From contig LBYP01000002.1 of the NCBI GenBank assembly GCA_000996245.1, positions 5,352-69,351 on the forward strand: a stretch of 64,000 bases of DNA. The letters are read 5' to 3'. Below, one piece after another: positions 1 through 9,104 of the stretch. Numbering within the stretch: position 1 is the stretch's first letter; the number at the start of each line of letters is the position of its first letter. The translations under genes were made by a program, and so were the position numbers. Under the pieces are notes generated by a model. It saw only the letters and a list, made by a program, of their open reading frames with translations. It searched no databases and had not been told where the DNA came from. The stretch is from Parcubacteria group bacterium GW2011_GWA2_40_23 (GTDB lineage: Bacteria; Patescibacteriota; Patescibacteriia; UBA11705; JABHMO01).

Positions 1-186
1 ATTTGTAAGATCGCAAAAAAACTTTGCTTTGATTAAAGCATTCTCTTGAAAAGCTGTCCCTGTTTCCTCCACATCATCAGTAATACTTAGATCTTCCAAG
101 GATACGGCCTCAATGTTCCAAAGAGCTAAAAACTTTTTGAGTTCTTGAGCTTTTCCGACATTATGTGTTGCGATTACGAGTTTCAT
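1..186 (-). CDS. rdgB: Non-canonical purine NTP pyrophosphatase RdgB/Ham1, N-terminal 62 aa only; the gene runs off the window edge
   Basis: Minus-strand ATG at 186..184. The translation MKLVIATHNVGKAQELKKFL... matches the Ham1/RdgB N-terminal signature (xxTxNxGK). Confidence 0.7.
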   Translation of the reverse strand, partial: MKLVIATHNVGKAQELKKFLALWNIEAVSLEDLSITDDVEETGTAFQENALIKAKFFCDLTN

Positions 187-298
187 ATATAAATATTCTA
201 CAAACAAACAAATCAACCCTGCACTATAAAGTGTGCCCTTTAAGTACAGGGCAAGCAAAGCAAACAATTATGCAAAAAGTCCTTTGACCATTCTTAGC

Positions 299-343
299 TA
301 ATCATAGTAATCACTTGGTAATCATGCTAATTATAGTCAATCA
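299..343. repeat. Array of five TAATCAT-like direct repeats (TAATCAT, TAATCAC, TAATCAT, TAATTAT, TCAATCA) at 9-11 bp phasing; iteron-like
   Basis: Read directly from the sequence. A near-identical array occurs at 18662-18696. Both abut a GC-rich minus-strand terminator. Confidence 0.4.
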
Positions 344-345
344 GA

Positions 346-985
346 GTAAAAAAAGGAGGGTCGACGCACTGTAGCATCGACCCTCGTGAACATGTCTTTA
401 CCACCGCGACCTTGACGGGCTTGCGATCAGAACAGCCCCGATCTTGGTCCGGCATGGATCCTCGGGGAACCGGCGTCCCATAGATACTGGGACGCGATGG
501 AGCTACGTGAACCAGCTCGGATACCGCTTGCACATGGCAAGTTCTCCTTCTGCTGTGGCCGCGAGCGTGGTGCTCGTTCTTCGGCCTCGTTCTTGCTCCA
601 GAACCGAGTTCGTGTGGCACGTCGCGAGTTGAGCTCTCGCAGCGTGCCGTCAGAAGCCGAAGATGAGCGTACCGGAGTGGAGCCGCATGAAGCCTCCGTC
701 TGCGGAATTCTCGCATCCAATTTCGAACTTCGAACCGTGTTGATCTCTTGTTGCTTGGTGAACAGCCTGTTGCACTCGGTGTTCCGCGGACTTGCTCGAT
801 GAACACAGTCTACAACAAATGAGTTCTGCGGACTTGTCCTACACGGGCGGGGGACGTGCTCTGAGCATGCGCACCTCCATGTTGTGGAACCTTGAGAACC
901 AACGTGGTGTTGATGGCCAGAAGCCGATATTCGAACGAACGCGGCTTCTTTCTCGCTAACACCACAAAAGCGAGACGATAAAAAT
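346..985 (-). other. GC-rich non-coding island A1, with no protein-like ORF in any frame
   Basis: Composition shifts abruptly. All six-frame ORFs are Arg/Ser-rich low-complexity and read through a terminator. The island ends (minus strand) in a 9-bp GC hairpin followed by a T7 tract. Confidence 0.4.
348..385 (-). terminator. Intrinsic terminator, minus strand (GAGGGTCGA-loop-TCGACCCTC followed by a T tract)
   Basis: Perfect 9-bp stem at 356-364/377-385, preceded on the plus strand by A7, which reads as U7 on the minus strand. Confidence 0.6.
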
Positions 986-1025
986 ATCCTATACTATTTA
1001 TAAACTAATGTCAAGTTTTTGGCAA

Positions 1026-1056
1026 AGGAAAAAGCGGTCGAGATGAGTCGAACCGC
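1026..1056 (-). terminator. Intrinsic terminator, minus strand, closing GC-rich island A2
   Basis: Stem GCGGTCG/CGAACCGC with an A-run on the plus-strand 5' side, which gives a U-run on the minus strand. Confidence 0.45.
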
Positions 1057-1270
1057 TTCTGGATTACTTGCTCGCCACGCCGTGGCACGCCGCTTCGAGG
1101 GAATCCAACCCCGGAAAAGCCTGTCTGTGGTAAACACTAAGGGGCCTTTCGACCTTAGTGCTCTGGACACTCTTCCATAGATCCTCCATGGTGTTTGTGC
1201 GTGCGCGAATCGTGACCGAACAGGATCTCTGCGTTGCTTCGCCGTTGATACGGCTTGGCAGTCCAGCATG
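1031..1270 (-). other. GC-rich non-coding island A2, multi-hairpin and possibly a structured RNA
   Basis: GC-rich block separated from A1 by about 45 nt of AT-rich sequence. Several perfect 7-8 bp stems are visible, for example ACTAAGG...CCTTAGT. No SD-led ORF is present. Confidence 0.3.
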
Positions 1271-1342
1271 TATATAATAGCACAATAATAAAATTATGTC
1301 AATAGCAGTTTTACTTATTTTTGAAAATAGTCTAATTTAAGC

Positions 1343-1379
1343 AAAAAAAGAAGGGGTACCGCGTGAGCAAATACCCCTT
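1343..1379 (-). terminator. Intrinsic terminator, minus strand (AAGGGGTA-loop-TACCCCTT followed by a T7 tract)
   Basis: 8-bp stem with A7 on the plus-strand 5' side. Confidence 0.55.
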
Positions 1380-1443
1380 AGAACCGTGCCACCATTACAG
1401 TGGCGAGATCATGGTGTCCTCCAGTAATGGGGAAGACTAAAGT
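1345..1443 (-). ncRNA. Candidate ~100-nt small RNA, divergent from rsmI
   Basis: Minus-strand TTGACA (plus 1473-1478), a 16-17 nt spacer, then an A/T-rich -10 (plus ~1450-1456). Nested hairpins follow (CCATTAC...GTAATGG, GTGGC, GGGGTA), ending in the terminator. The only internal ORF is 5 codons. Confidence 0.25.
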
Positions 1444-1533
1444 GACTACATTATTACATAAAACAGCTTATATGTCAATAGTTAAGCCTGAGAAATAGAC
1501 AAAATCGTCTGATTTTAGTATAATTTACATAAT

Positions 1534-2175
1534 ATGCTTTACATTGTAGCCACACCTATTGGAAACCTCGAAGACATTACTTTTAGAGCTTTAAGAACGC
1601 TTAAGGAGGTGGATGTCATCTTGTGTGAAGATACAAGACAGACCATGAAGCTTTTGTCCCATTTTCAGTTTTCAAAGCATCTGATTTCTTTGCATCAGCA
1701 CACCTCGGACGAAAAGATGTTAGCTCTCTTAAAACAGTATGAAAATATTGCTTATGTAAGTGATGCAGGCACCCCAGGAATTTCTGACCCAGGAAATAAG
1801 TTAGTCGCTAAAGCGGTTGAATTGAATCTTCCGGTTTGTCCAATTCCAGGAGTTGCTGCCGTGACGACTGCACTTAGCATTTCTGGTTTTCAAACAGATC
1901 ATTTTATGTTTTTGGGTTTTATGCCCCTGCGCGGGCGAACCAAAATATTTAATTTAATCAAAGATTCTGATGTGACTATCGCATTTTACGAATCACCACA
2001 TCGAATAATCAAAACACTCGAAGCATTAAAGCCAATCGTGGGGAATCGCTTATTCTGCGTTTGTCGAGAACTGACTAAAAAGTTCGAAACTATTTACCGC
2101 GGAACTGTCGACGAGGTGCTTCCCGAAATATCTAAAAAAGTAAAAGGTGAATTTACAATTATTATAAGTAAATAA
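1534..2175 (+). CDS. rsmI: 16S rRNA (cytidine1402-2'-O)-methyltransferase RsmI
   Basis: MLYIVATPIGNLEDITFRALRTL...VILCEDTR, characteristic of the RsmI/tetrapyrrole-methylase fold. TATAAT at 1519-1524 lies 9 nt before the ATG. Confidence 0.85.
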   Translation: MLYIVATPIGNLEDITFRALRTLKEVDVILCEDTRQTMKLLSHFQFSKHLISLHQHTSDEKMLALLKQYENIAYVSDAGTPGISDPGNKLVAKAVELNLPVCPIPGVAAVTTALSISGFQTDHFMFLGFMPLRGRTKIFNLIKDSDVTIAFYESPHRIIKTLEALKPIVGNRLFCVCRELTKKFETIYRGTVDEVLPEISKKVKGEFTIIISK

Positions 2176-2179
2176 GCTC

Positions 2180-2230
2180 GTAAGCCCCGCACCACAAACT
2201 GCCTTTGGGTGCAGGGTAAACGAGATAAGT
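2180..2230 (-). repeat. 51-nt structured intergenic element, copy 1, in reverse orientation relative to copy 2
   Basis: Exact reverse complement of 6066-6116. Contains the hairpin CCCCGCACC...GGTGCAGGG. The flanking motif gtgaaataagc..caagg (2229-2249) is also shared. Confidence 0.65.
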
Positions 2231-2295
2231 GAAATAAGCTAATTCAAGGTTTACTTAGCACTTAACTTGCTTAAAACTTATCTCGCTAGAAAAAT

Positions 2296-3807
2296 ATGGA
2301 AAAATATTACATAACAACACCTATTTATTACGCTAATAGCAAGCCACATATTGGTCATGCTTATACGACGATAGTGGCCGATATTTTAGCGCGATATTAT
2401 CGTTTAAAATTAGGACAAGAAAATGTTTGGTTTTTAACGGGGACAGATGAACATGGTTCAAAAATTGCGCAGGTTGCAGAAAAAGAAGGCAAAGATCCTC
2501 AAACTTTTGTTGATGATGTTTCAGCTCTTTTTCAGTTGTCTTGGAAAAATTTGAATATTAGTAATAACGATTATATTCGCACGACAGAAAAAAGACATGA
2601 AGACGTCGTCACTGAGATCCTCACGAAATTGAAATCAGCTAAAACTCCACTTGGCAATGACTTTATTTATTCTGGTGATTATGAGGGTTTATATTGTGTC
2701 GGTTGTGAATCATACAAAAAGCCTGAAGATTTGGTAGACGATAAATGTCCAGATCATAACAAAGAACCAGAATTGCTTAAAGAAAGTAATTGGTATATTC
2801 GTTTGTCAGATTATGCCGAGATACTCAAAAATAAAATTCAAAACGATGAAATAAAAGTTTTGCCAGCCGATCGTAAAACAGAAGTTTTGTCATTTATCGA
2901 ACAAGGTTTGGAGGATGTGGCCATTAGTCGTCAACAAGTTAAATGGGGCATACCGGTACCATTCGACAAAGATCAAACTATATACGTTTGGGTCGATGCT
3001 CTTCTAAACTATATCTCAGCACTTGGTTATCCAAATGACGAAAAGTTTAAAAAATTTTGGCCAGCAAACACTCAACTCTTGGCAAAAGATATTTTAAAGT
3101 TTCATGCCATCATTTGGCCAGCGATGCTCATTGCGGCCGGCATCGAGGCACCCAAAGAACTTTTTATCCATGGTTATTTCACTATTGATGGTAAGAAAAT
3201 GAGTAAAACTATTGGTAATGTTATTGATCCAAATGATTTAGTCTCTGAGTTCGGAGTTGACGCCGCACGCTATTTAATCGTTTCACAATTTCCATTTGGA
3301 CAAGACGGTGACGTCAAAGCTGATGAATTTAAAGTAAAATATAATTCTGATCTTGCTAATGGTATCGGTAATTTAGTTAGTCGTGTAATTACGATGGCTG
3401 AAAAGTATTGCGATAATAAAATTCCAGCATTGAAATATACTGGCACTTTTAATTTAACCGCACTTTGGAAAAGAGTGGAACAAAATTATGTAGATTATAA
3501 GATTTTTGAGAACCTTAGAGAAATTCAAGAATTAATTAGCTGGGCTGACAATCATATTGCCGAAACTACGCCTTGGGCCAAGGCTAAAGAAGGGAAGGCA
3601 GCAGAAGTAAACCAAATCCTTTATAATTTAATTGAAGTCCTGAAACAACTTGCGGGGTTATTACTTCCGATACTTCCACAAACCGGAGCAGAGATTCTTA
3701 AACGTATAAATTTTGCTTCTACTGATATAGAATCAATTAAAACACTGAATAATCTCGACTCAAAAAAAACATTAGATAAAGGTGAGCCTTTATTCCTTAG
3801 AAAGTAG
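2296..3807 (+). CDS. metG: Methionyl-tRNA synthetase (short form)
   Basis: HIGH motif (PHIGHAYT), KMSKS variant (KKMSKT), and a Cys-containing CP knuckle (CVGCESYKK...CPDH). Confidence 0.9.
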   Translation: MEKYYITTPIYYANSKPHIGHAYTTIVADILARYYRLKLGQENVWFLTGTDEHGSKIAQVAEKEGKDPQTFVDDVSALFQLSWKNLNISNNDYIRTTEKRHEDVVTEILTKLKSAKTPLGNDFIYSGDYEGLYCVGCESYKKPEDLVDDKCPDHNKEPELLKESNWYIRLSDYAEILKNKIQNDEIKVLPADRKTEVLSFIEQGLEDVAISRQQVKWGIPVPFDKDQTIYVWVDALLNYISALGYPNDEKFKKFWPANTQLLAKDILKFHAIIWPAMLIAAGIEAPKELFIHGYFTIDGKKMSKTIGNVIDPNDLVSEFGVDAARYLIVSQFPFGQDGDVKADEFKVKYNSDLANGIGNLVSRVITMAEKYCDNKIPALKYTGTFNLTALWKRVEQNYVDYKIFENLREIQELISWADNHIAETTPWAKAKEGKAAEVNQILYNLIEVLKQLAGLLLPILPQTGAEILKRINFASTDIESIKTLNNLDSKKTLDKGEPLFLRK

Positions 3808-3815
3808 TAATTTGC

Positions 3816-3843
3816 TTTTTTGTTTTCTTGCTTTTTTGATTAT
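3816..3843 (+). repeat. 28-nt exact repeat (ttttttgttttcttgcttttttgattat). The second copy, at 12733-12760, encodes a lipoprotein signal peptide.
   Basis: Identical strings verified by eye. The intergenic copy would translate to LLFCFLAFLII-stop, which looks like a signal-peptide remnant. Confidence 0.55.
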
Positions 3844-3863
3844 CGTTAAATAATTTTCTAAAT

Positions 3864-4706
3864 ATGATAGACACTCATGCCCATGTTAATTTTAGCACCT
3901 TTAAAGATGATGCTGATGCAGTAATTCAATCAGCTTTAGATAAAAAAATTGCTATTATTAATGTTGGGTCGCAAATCAGCACTAGTCGTCGTGCCGTCGA
4001 GTTGGCCGCTAAGTATCCTCGTGTGTTTGCAGCTATTGGTTTACATCCGATTCAATTACAGGATGAAGAAGTAATTGAGGAGGGAATCACTTTCACTACA
4101 CGGAAAGAAGAGTTTAACTACTCAACATACAAAGAGTTGGCTAAACAGAAACATGTCATCGCTATTGGTGAGACTGGTTTGGATTATTACCATATTCAAG
4201 AAAGGCCTGAATTTAAAGAGATTGTTGAAGATCAGAAGAAAGTTTTTCATCAACATATAGATTTGGCAAATGAAATGAAATTGCCCATGATCATTCATAC
4301 CCGAAGTGGTAAAAATAATAGTGATGCGGCGTGCATCGATATTCTCTCGGAGTTAAGAAAAAATAAACCTAAATATGGTGGAGTTATGCATTGCTATGCT
4401 GGTCCGCCTGAATTGATTAAGGATTTTGTGGCCCTGGATATGTATATTAGTTTTAACGGTATTTTAACTTTTGATAAAACGGGACTCATCGAAAAAATCT
4501 TGTTCTCAACACCCGAAGATCGAATTCTAACTGAAACCGATTGTCCTTATCTAACTCCTGCGCCATATAGAGGCAAACGTAATGAACCGGCCTATGTGGA
4601 TTTTGTAGTTTCTAAAATCGCTGAACTAAAAAATCGTGAATTTGCTGAAATTGATCTTTTAACGACCAGAAACGCAGAACGACTTTTTCATATCGCTTTA
4701 CAATAG
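3864..4706 (+). CDS. tatD: TatD-family metal-dependent DNase/hydrolase
   Basis: N-terminal MIDTHAHVNF (HxH metal motif) and a TIM-barrel-sized ORF. Confidence 0.85.
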   Translation: MIDTHAHVNFSTFKDDADAVIQSALDKKIAIINVGSQISTSRRAVELAAKYPRVFAAIGLHPIQLQDEEVIEEGITFTTRKEEFNYSTYKELAKQKHVIAIGETGLDYYHIQERPEFKEIVEDQKKVFHQHIDLANEMKLPMIIHTRSGKNNSDAACIDILSELRKNKPKYGGVMHCYAGPPELIKDFVALDMYISFNGILTFDKTGLIEKILFSTPEDRILTETDCPYLTPAPYRGKRNEPAYVDFVVSKIAELKNREFAEIDLLTTRNAERLFHIALQ

Positions 4707-4770
4707 GATTTTATGATCAAGCTTCGTATTGTGACTTATAAACAAGAATGCTTGATTTTTTTTTATTTTC

Positions 4771-5097
4771 ATGATAGATTGTAGGTGCTTTTCTATACCT
4801 ATGCAAAATTCTAAGAATGAGAAAGTTTGGTGGCAACCGGCCATCGAAATCTTTGTTCAAGTCTCTGGATGGATTGTATTCCCGCTACTCATCGGTATTT
4901 ATTTAGGCCGATGGTTACAGGAAAAATGGGGACATGAACCGTGGATATATATAGGTTGTGTTGCGGCTGCTTTCATTATTACAAATGTGGGTTTAATACT
5001 GATTGTTTTAAAGGCGGCCAAGAAAATGCAAAAAGTCATCGACGAATCCGAAAAACAAGTTCAGAATCACAAAGAGACTGAGCAAGTAAAAAAATAA
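4771..5097 (+). CDS. Small membrane protein preceding atpB, probably AtpZ/AtpI-like. An alternative ATG at 4801 has AGGTG upstream.
   Basis: Two TM segments, its position immediately 5' of atpB, and a Gly-rich C-terminal TM segment (GIYLGRWLQEKWG). Confidence 0.4.
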   Translation: MIDCRCFSIPMQNSKNEKVWWQPAIEIFVQVSGWIVFPLLIGIYLGRWLQEKWGHEPWIYIGCVAAAFIITNVGLILIVLKAAKKMQKVIDESEKQVQNHKETEQVKK

Positions 5098-5100
5098 TAT

Positions 5101-6006
5101 ATGGCTCAAAGTGGTCACGCGACAACTGAAGTGCAAGAAATAGAAACTGCTCAAACAGAAGAGGCAGTTACGCTTGGTCACAATTCTACGGATGCAAAAA
5201 CAGAAGTTTCGCACGAAGCTACTTTAGCGGCAGAACCAATTGCTCATTTTGGTGCTTTCCCAATTACAAATTCTTTATTAAATACCTGGATAGTTGTCGC
5301 TATCCTTTTTGTTTTTGCCATTGTTTTACGATCTAAATTGAAAATAATTCCAAAGGGTTTGCAGAATCTATTTGAAATTGTAGTTGATGGTGCCTTGAAT
5401 CTGTGCGACTCAGTAACTAATGACCGCAAAAAAACCTTAAAAGTTTTTCCAATCGTTTTTAGTTTCTTTATATTCATTTTAATTGCTAATTGGATGGGTT
5501 TAGTCCCGGGAATTGGTTCAATCGGATTTATTGAAACTGAAGGAGCTCATAGTATTTTTGTCCCATATTTTCGTGGTGGTACGGCCGATTTAAATACAAC
5601 ATTAGCTTTAGCTTTGATTGCAGTTATTGGTTCGAATATTTTCGGTATTATAGCAGTGGGCGGCTGGAAGTATTTTAATAAATTTGTAAATCTAAAAATT
5701 TTGGCTCGAATCCCATTTACGATAAAAAAGGATCCAAGTGTCATCATTGTTAACCCTATTAAGTTTTTTGTGGGTATTATAGAAATTATCGGTGAAGTGG
5801 CAAAAATTGCTTCGCTCTCTTTTCGGCTTTTTGGAAATGTTTTTGCTGGCGAGGTTCTACTTTCATCATTAGCTGTTATTTTGGCCTTTGGATTACCAAT
5901 ACCTTTTATGTTTTTGGAAGTTATAGTAGGTGTTATTCAGGCATTAATATTTGGCATGTTGACTTTGGTTTATTTCAGCATTGCCATGACTGAAGAAGAA
6001 CATTAA
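5101..6006 (+). CDS. atpB: F0 ATP synthase subunit a, carrying an unusual ~55-aa hydrophilic N-terminal extension
   Basis: Conserved Arg region LSFRLFGNVFAGE and multiple TM helices. Confidence 0.85.
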   Translation: MAQSGHATTEVQEIETAQTEEAVTLGHNSTDAKTEVSHEATLAAEPIAHFGAFPITNSLLNTWIVVAILFVFAIVLRSKLKIIPKGLQNLFEIVVDGALNLCDSVTNDRKKTLKVFPIVFSFFIFILIANWMGLVPGIGSIGFIETEGAHSIFVPYFRGGTADLNTTLALALIAVIGSNIFGIIAVGGWKYFNKFVNLKILARIPFTIKKDPSVIIVNPIKFFVGIIEIIGEVAKIASLSFRLFGNVFAGEVLLSSLAVILAFGLPIPFMFLEVIVGVIQALIFGMLTLVYFSIAMTEEEH

Positions 6007-6065
6007 TAAAGTGAGTAAGCTTGTAAGCTAGTAAGTGAAATAAGCAAGTCAAGGACTCGCTTGAA

Positions 6066-6116
6066 ACTTATCTCGTTTACCCTGCACCCAAAGGCAGTTT
6101 GTGGTGCGGGGCTTAC
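6066..6116 (+). repeat. 51-nt structured intergenic element, copy 2
   Basis: acttatctcgtttaccctgcacccaaaggcagtttgtggtgcggggcttac. Flanked by cttatctcg direct repeats at 6067-6075 and 6123-6131. Confidence 0.65.
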
Positions 6117-6163
6117 GGCTTATCTCGCTATAAAATAAGAGTGATAAACCAAGCAGACGTTAA

Positions 6164-6418
<255 letters not shown>

Positions 6419-6488
6419 TTTGTTCTTAGATTACTCTGCTCATTTGAGCAGGGTAGTAAAGAGTAAATTATAAAATATAAATATTTAT

Positions 6489-7004
6489 ATGGATGATTTA
6501 ATAAAAACATTTCACATCGATTGGAAATTACTTATTGCGCAAATAATTAATTTTGGCATTGTGGTGGTTGTTTTGGGCGTATTTGCTTTGAAGCCATTAA
6601 TTAAAATGATGAAAGAGAGGGAAGAAAAGATTTCTGATGGGATAAAACATGCCGAAGAAATGGAAGAAAAGATTAAGGAAGTTGCTAAACTTAAAGAAGA
6701 AGAAATAAAACAAGGGAGAAAAGAAGCTCAAGTTTTAATTGCACAGGCAGAAAAGAAAGCGGAAGATTTACGACAAGAAAAAATTAAAAAAACTATCACT
6801 GAAATTGAAAAAATGGCCATAGATGCTCGTGGTCGTATCCGTGAAGAACGTGACGAGATGATTAAGAGTGTCAAGGATGAACTCGGAGCTTTAATTGCAA
6901 CCGCTTTAAACCGGGTTATGAGTAATGTTATTTCAGAAAAAACACATACACAGGTAATTGATGATGTTATTAAAGATCTTGAAAAAGAAGCCATTACCAA
7001 ATAA
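6489..7004 (+). CDS. atpF: F0 ATP synthase subunit b
   Basis: N-terminal TM segment followed by a long charged coiled coil; position in the operon. Confidence 0.75.
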   Translation: MDDLIKTFHIDWKLLIAQIINFGIVVVVLGVFALKPLIKMMKEREEKISDGIKHAEEMEEKIKEVAKLKEEEIKQGRKEAQVLIAQAEKKAEDLRQEKIKKTITEIEKMAIDARGRIREERDEMIKSVKDELGALIATALNRVMSNVISEKTHTQVIDDVIKDLEKEAITK

Positions 7005-7006
7005 TT

Positions 7007-7549
7007 ATGTCCCAGACTTCTACAATTAAACATTATGCTACTGCCTTGGTGGAACTTGGTATTGAAAACCAATGTTATGAAGCTTTAGTGGCTGACTTAG
7101 TAGATGTTGATTCTAAGATCAATGAGAATTTAGAATTTAAAAAGTATTTAACCGACAAGCATGTAACTTTTACTAAAAAACAAGAAGCTTTAAAAAACAC
7201 TTTTCAGGATTTTATCAGCGATAAAACATATAATTTTTTATATTTATTGATTAAAGATGGAAAGCTTCTGGATTTATCATCAATATTAAAGATTGCCGCT
7301 AAAACACATTTAGAATCGCAGGATTTGTTTGAGGTTATGGTGGAATCAGTTATTCCTTTGACTGTAGCTCAGGAAAAGAAGATTCAAGAAAAATTGTCAC
7401 AAACGATTAAGCAAAAATTAATTACCAAAAATATAATTAATCCCGAAATTATCGGCGGTTTAAAAATTTTCTTAGGCGACACTGAGATAGATGGCAGTAT
7501 TCGCGGAAAAATTTTGCGACTAAAGAAAAAGATTGAGGATTACGAATAA
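7007..7549 (+). CDS. atpH: F1 ATP synthase subunit delta (OSCP)
   Basis: Operon position, size, and an OSCP-like helical N-terminal domain. Confidence 0.7.
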   Translation: MSQTSTIKHYATALVELGIENQCYEALVADLVDVDSKINENLEFKKYLTDKHVTFTKKQEALKNTFQDFISDKTYNFLYLLIKDGKLLDLSSILKIAAKTHLESQDLFEVMVESVIPLTVAQEKKIQEKLSQTIKQKLITKNIINPEIIGGLKIFLGDTEIDGSIRGKILRLKKKIEDYE

Positions 7550-7565
7550 ATTATCAAATAACAAT

Positions 7566-9104
7566 ATGGTACAAAAAAAAGACGATTACGTAATAGAAGC
7601 CTTAAAGAAACAAATTAATGAGTTCAAAGAACATGTATCAGTTGATACTGTTGGACGTGTTTTGGAAGTGGGCGATGGTATTGCCAAAATATCAGGACTT
7701 TCGAATGTTATGTATTCAGAAATGCTAGATTTTGGTTCTGGTGTCTTCGGTGTTGCTTTAAATCTTGAAGAGGATGCAGTCGGTGCCATGATTTTGGGTG
7801 ACTGGTTAAAGATTAAAGAAGGTGATGTCGTTAAAAGTACTGGACGTGTGTTGGAAGTTCCAGTGGGCGAGAATTTAATTGGACGTGTGGTTAACCCCTT
7901 GGGTGAAGCTATGGATGGCAAAGGAAAAATTGATTCAAAAATATTTTATCCAGTAGAAAAAATAGCGCCGGGTGTTATTACTCGAAAATCTGTAAATGTC
8001 CCAGTGCAAACTGGTATTAAAGCAGTTGATTCCATGATTCCAATCGGACGTGGTCAACGCGAACTTATTATTGGTGATCGTCAAACAGGCAAGACTGCCA
8101 TTGCTATTGATACAATTATCAACCAAAAAGGAAAAGATTTAATTTGTGTTTACGTTGCGATTGCTCAAAAGGAATCAAAGATTGCTAAGATTGTAGCCAA
8201 GCTCGAAGAAGCCGGTGCTATGGATCACACGATTATTGTTTTGGCGGGTGCTTCTGCTCCAACATCATTAAATTATATTGCGCCTTTTGCTGGTTGTGCC
8301 ATGGCAGAATATTTTATGGATAAGGGCAAGGATGTTTTAATAGTTTATGATGATTTATCAAAACATGCTGTAGCTTATCGCGAAATTTCATTGTTATTAC
8401 GCCGACCACCAGGACGTGAAGCTTATCCTGGAGATGTTTTCTATTTACATTCCAGATTATTAGAAAGATCCGCTCGCTTAGACAAGGAATATGGTGGTGG
8501 TTCTATTACTGCTTTGCCAATTATTGAAACTCAAGCAGGGGACATCTCTGCCTATATTCCCACAAATGTAATTTCAATTACTGATGGACAAATTTTCTTG
8601 GAAAGTGATTTGTTTTATCAGGGTATTCGTCCAGCGATTAATGTGGGTTTATCTGTTTCTCGTGTCGGTTCAAGCGCCCAAATTAAAGCTATGAAAAAAG
8701 TAGCTGGTAAATTACGTTTGGAGGTAGCGCAATATCGAGAATTGGCAGCCTTCGCTCAATTCGGTTCAGATTTAGATGAATCAACTAAGAATCAACTCGA
8801 ACGTGGTAAACGTATTGTTGAAATTTTGAAACAGGGTCAATACGTTCCAATGGCAGTTGAAAAACAAGTTGTGATTCTTTTTGCAGCAATTAAGGGATTA
8901 CTCGATAATGTTGATGTCAGCAAATTAAATGAATTTGAAATTGGTTTACATAATTATTTGGAAACTACAGTTCCAGAGATTTTGAAAGAAATTTTAGAGA
9001 AAAAAGAAATTGATGAAATGCTAGAAGCCAAAATCATTAAAACTATTAATGAATACAAGTCAACGGTAGAAGAACTATTGGTAAAAGCTGAGGCTGATGT
9101 TTAG
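7566..9104 (+). CDS. atpA: F1 ATP synthase subunit alpha
   Basis: Walker A GDRQTGKT. The ATG at 7566 (MVQKK) is preferred over the TTG-extended ORF at 7533, which overlaps atpH. Confidence 0.9.
   Translation: MVQKKDDYVIEALKKQINEFKEHVSVDTVGRVLEVGDGIAKISGLSNVMYSEMLDFGSGVFGVALNLEEDAVGAMILGDWLKIKEGDVVKSTGRVLEVPVGENLIGRVVNPLGEAMDGKGKIDSKIFYPVEKIAPGVITRKSVNVPVQTGIKAVDSMIPIGRGQRELIIGDRQTGKTAIAIDTIINQKGKDLICVYVAIAQKESKIAKIVAKLEEAGAMDHTIIVLAGASAPTSLNYIAPFAGCAMAEYFMDKGKDVLIVYDDLSKHAVAYREISLLLRRPPGREAYPGDVFYLHSRLLERSARLDKEYGGGSITALPIIETQAGDISAYIPTNVISITDGQIFLESDLFYQGIRPAINVGLSVSRVGSSAQIKAMKKVAGKLRLEVAQYRELAAFAQFGSDLDESTKNQLERGKRIVEILKQGQYVPMAVEKQVVILFAAIKGLLDNVDVSKLNEFEIGLHNYLETTVPEILKEILEKKEIDEMLEAKIIKTINEYKSTVEELLVKAEADV

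Noticed and set aside
299-343. CRISPR array interpretation of the TAATCAT repeats
   Set aside because: Repeat units are only 7 nt with 2-4 nt spacers. They lack CRISPR-sized repeats or spacers, and no cas genes are present.
327-806. Six-frame ORFs in island A1 (327-806 -, 427-720 -, 444-632 +, 497-802 +) and A2 (994-1269 -, 1064-1285 -)
   Set aside because: Arg/Ser/Pro-rich low-complexity translations with no SD and mutually overlapping. One reads through a terminator hairpin. This is typical of open frames in GC-rich non-coding DNA.
340-1270. Possible tmRNA, RNase P RNA, SRP RNA or rRNA fragment in the GC-rich non-coding islands
   Set aside because: I looked for hallmark strings (GGAAAGTCCGG, ACAGAACCCGGCTTA, tRNA-like GGTTCGAATCC T-arm, SRP GGAAGCAGCC) on both strands and found none. 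A covariance-model search is still needed.
4075-4260. 61-aa ORF inside tatD, and similar small internal or antisense ORFs (5008-5214, 5244-5477, 5547-5747, 6728-7072, 7586-7921, 36162-36491, 40208-40649, 41221-41574, 54307-54570 and others)
   Set aside because: Embedded within well-supported longer genes, with no signals and biased AT-rich random frames.
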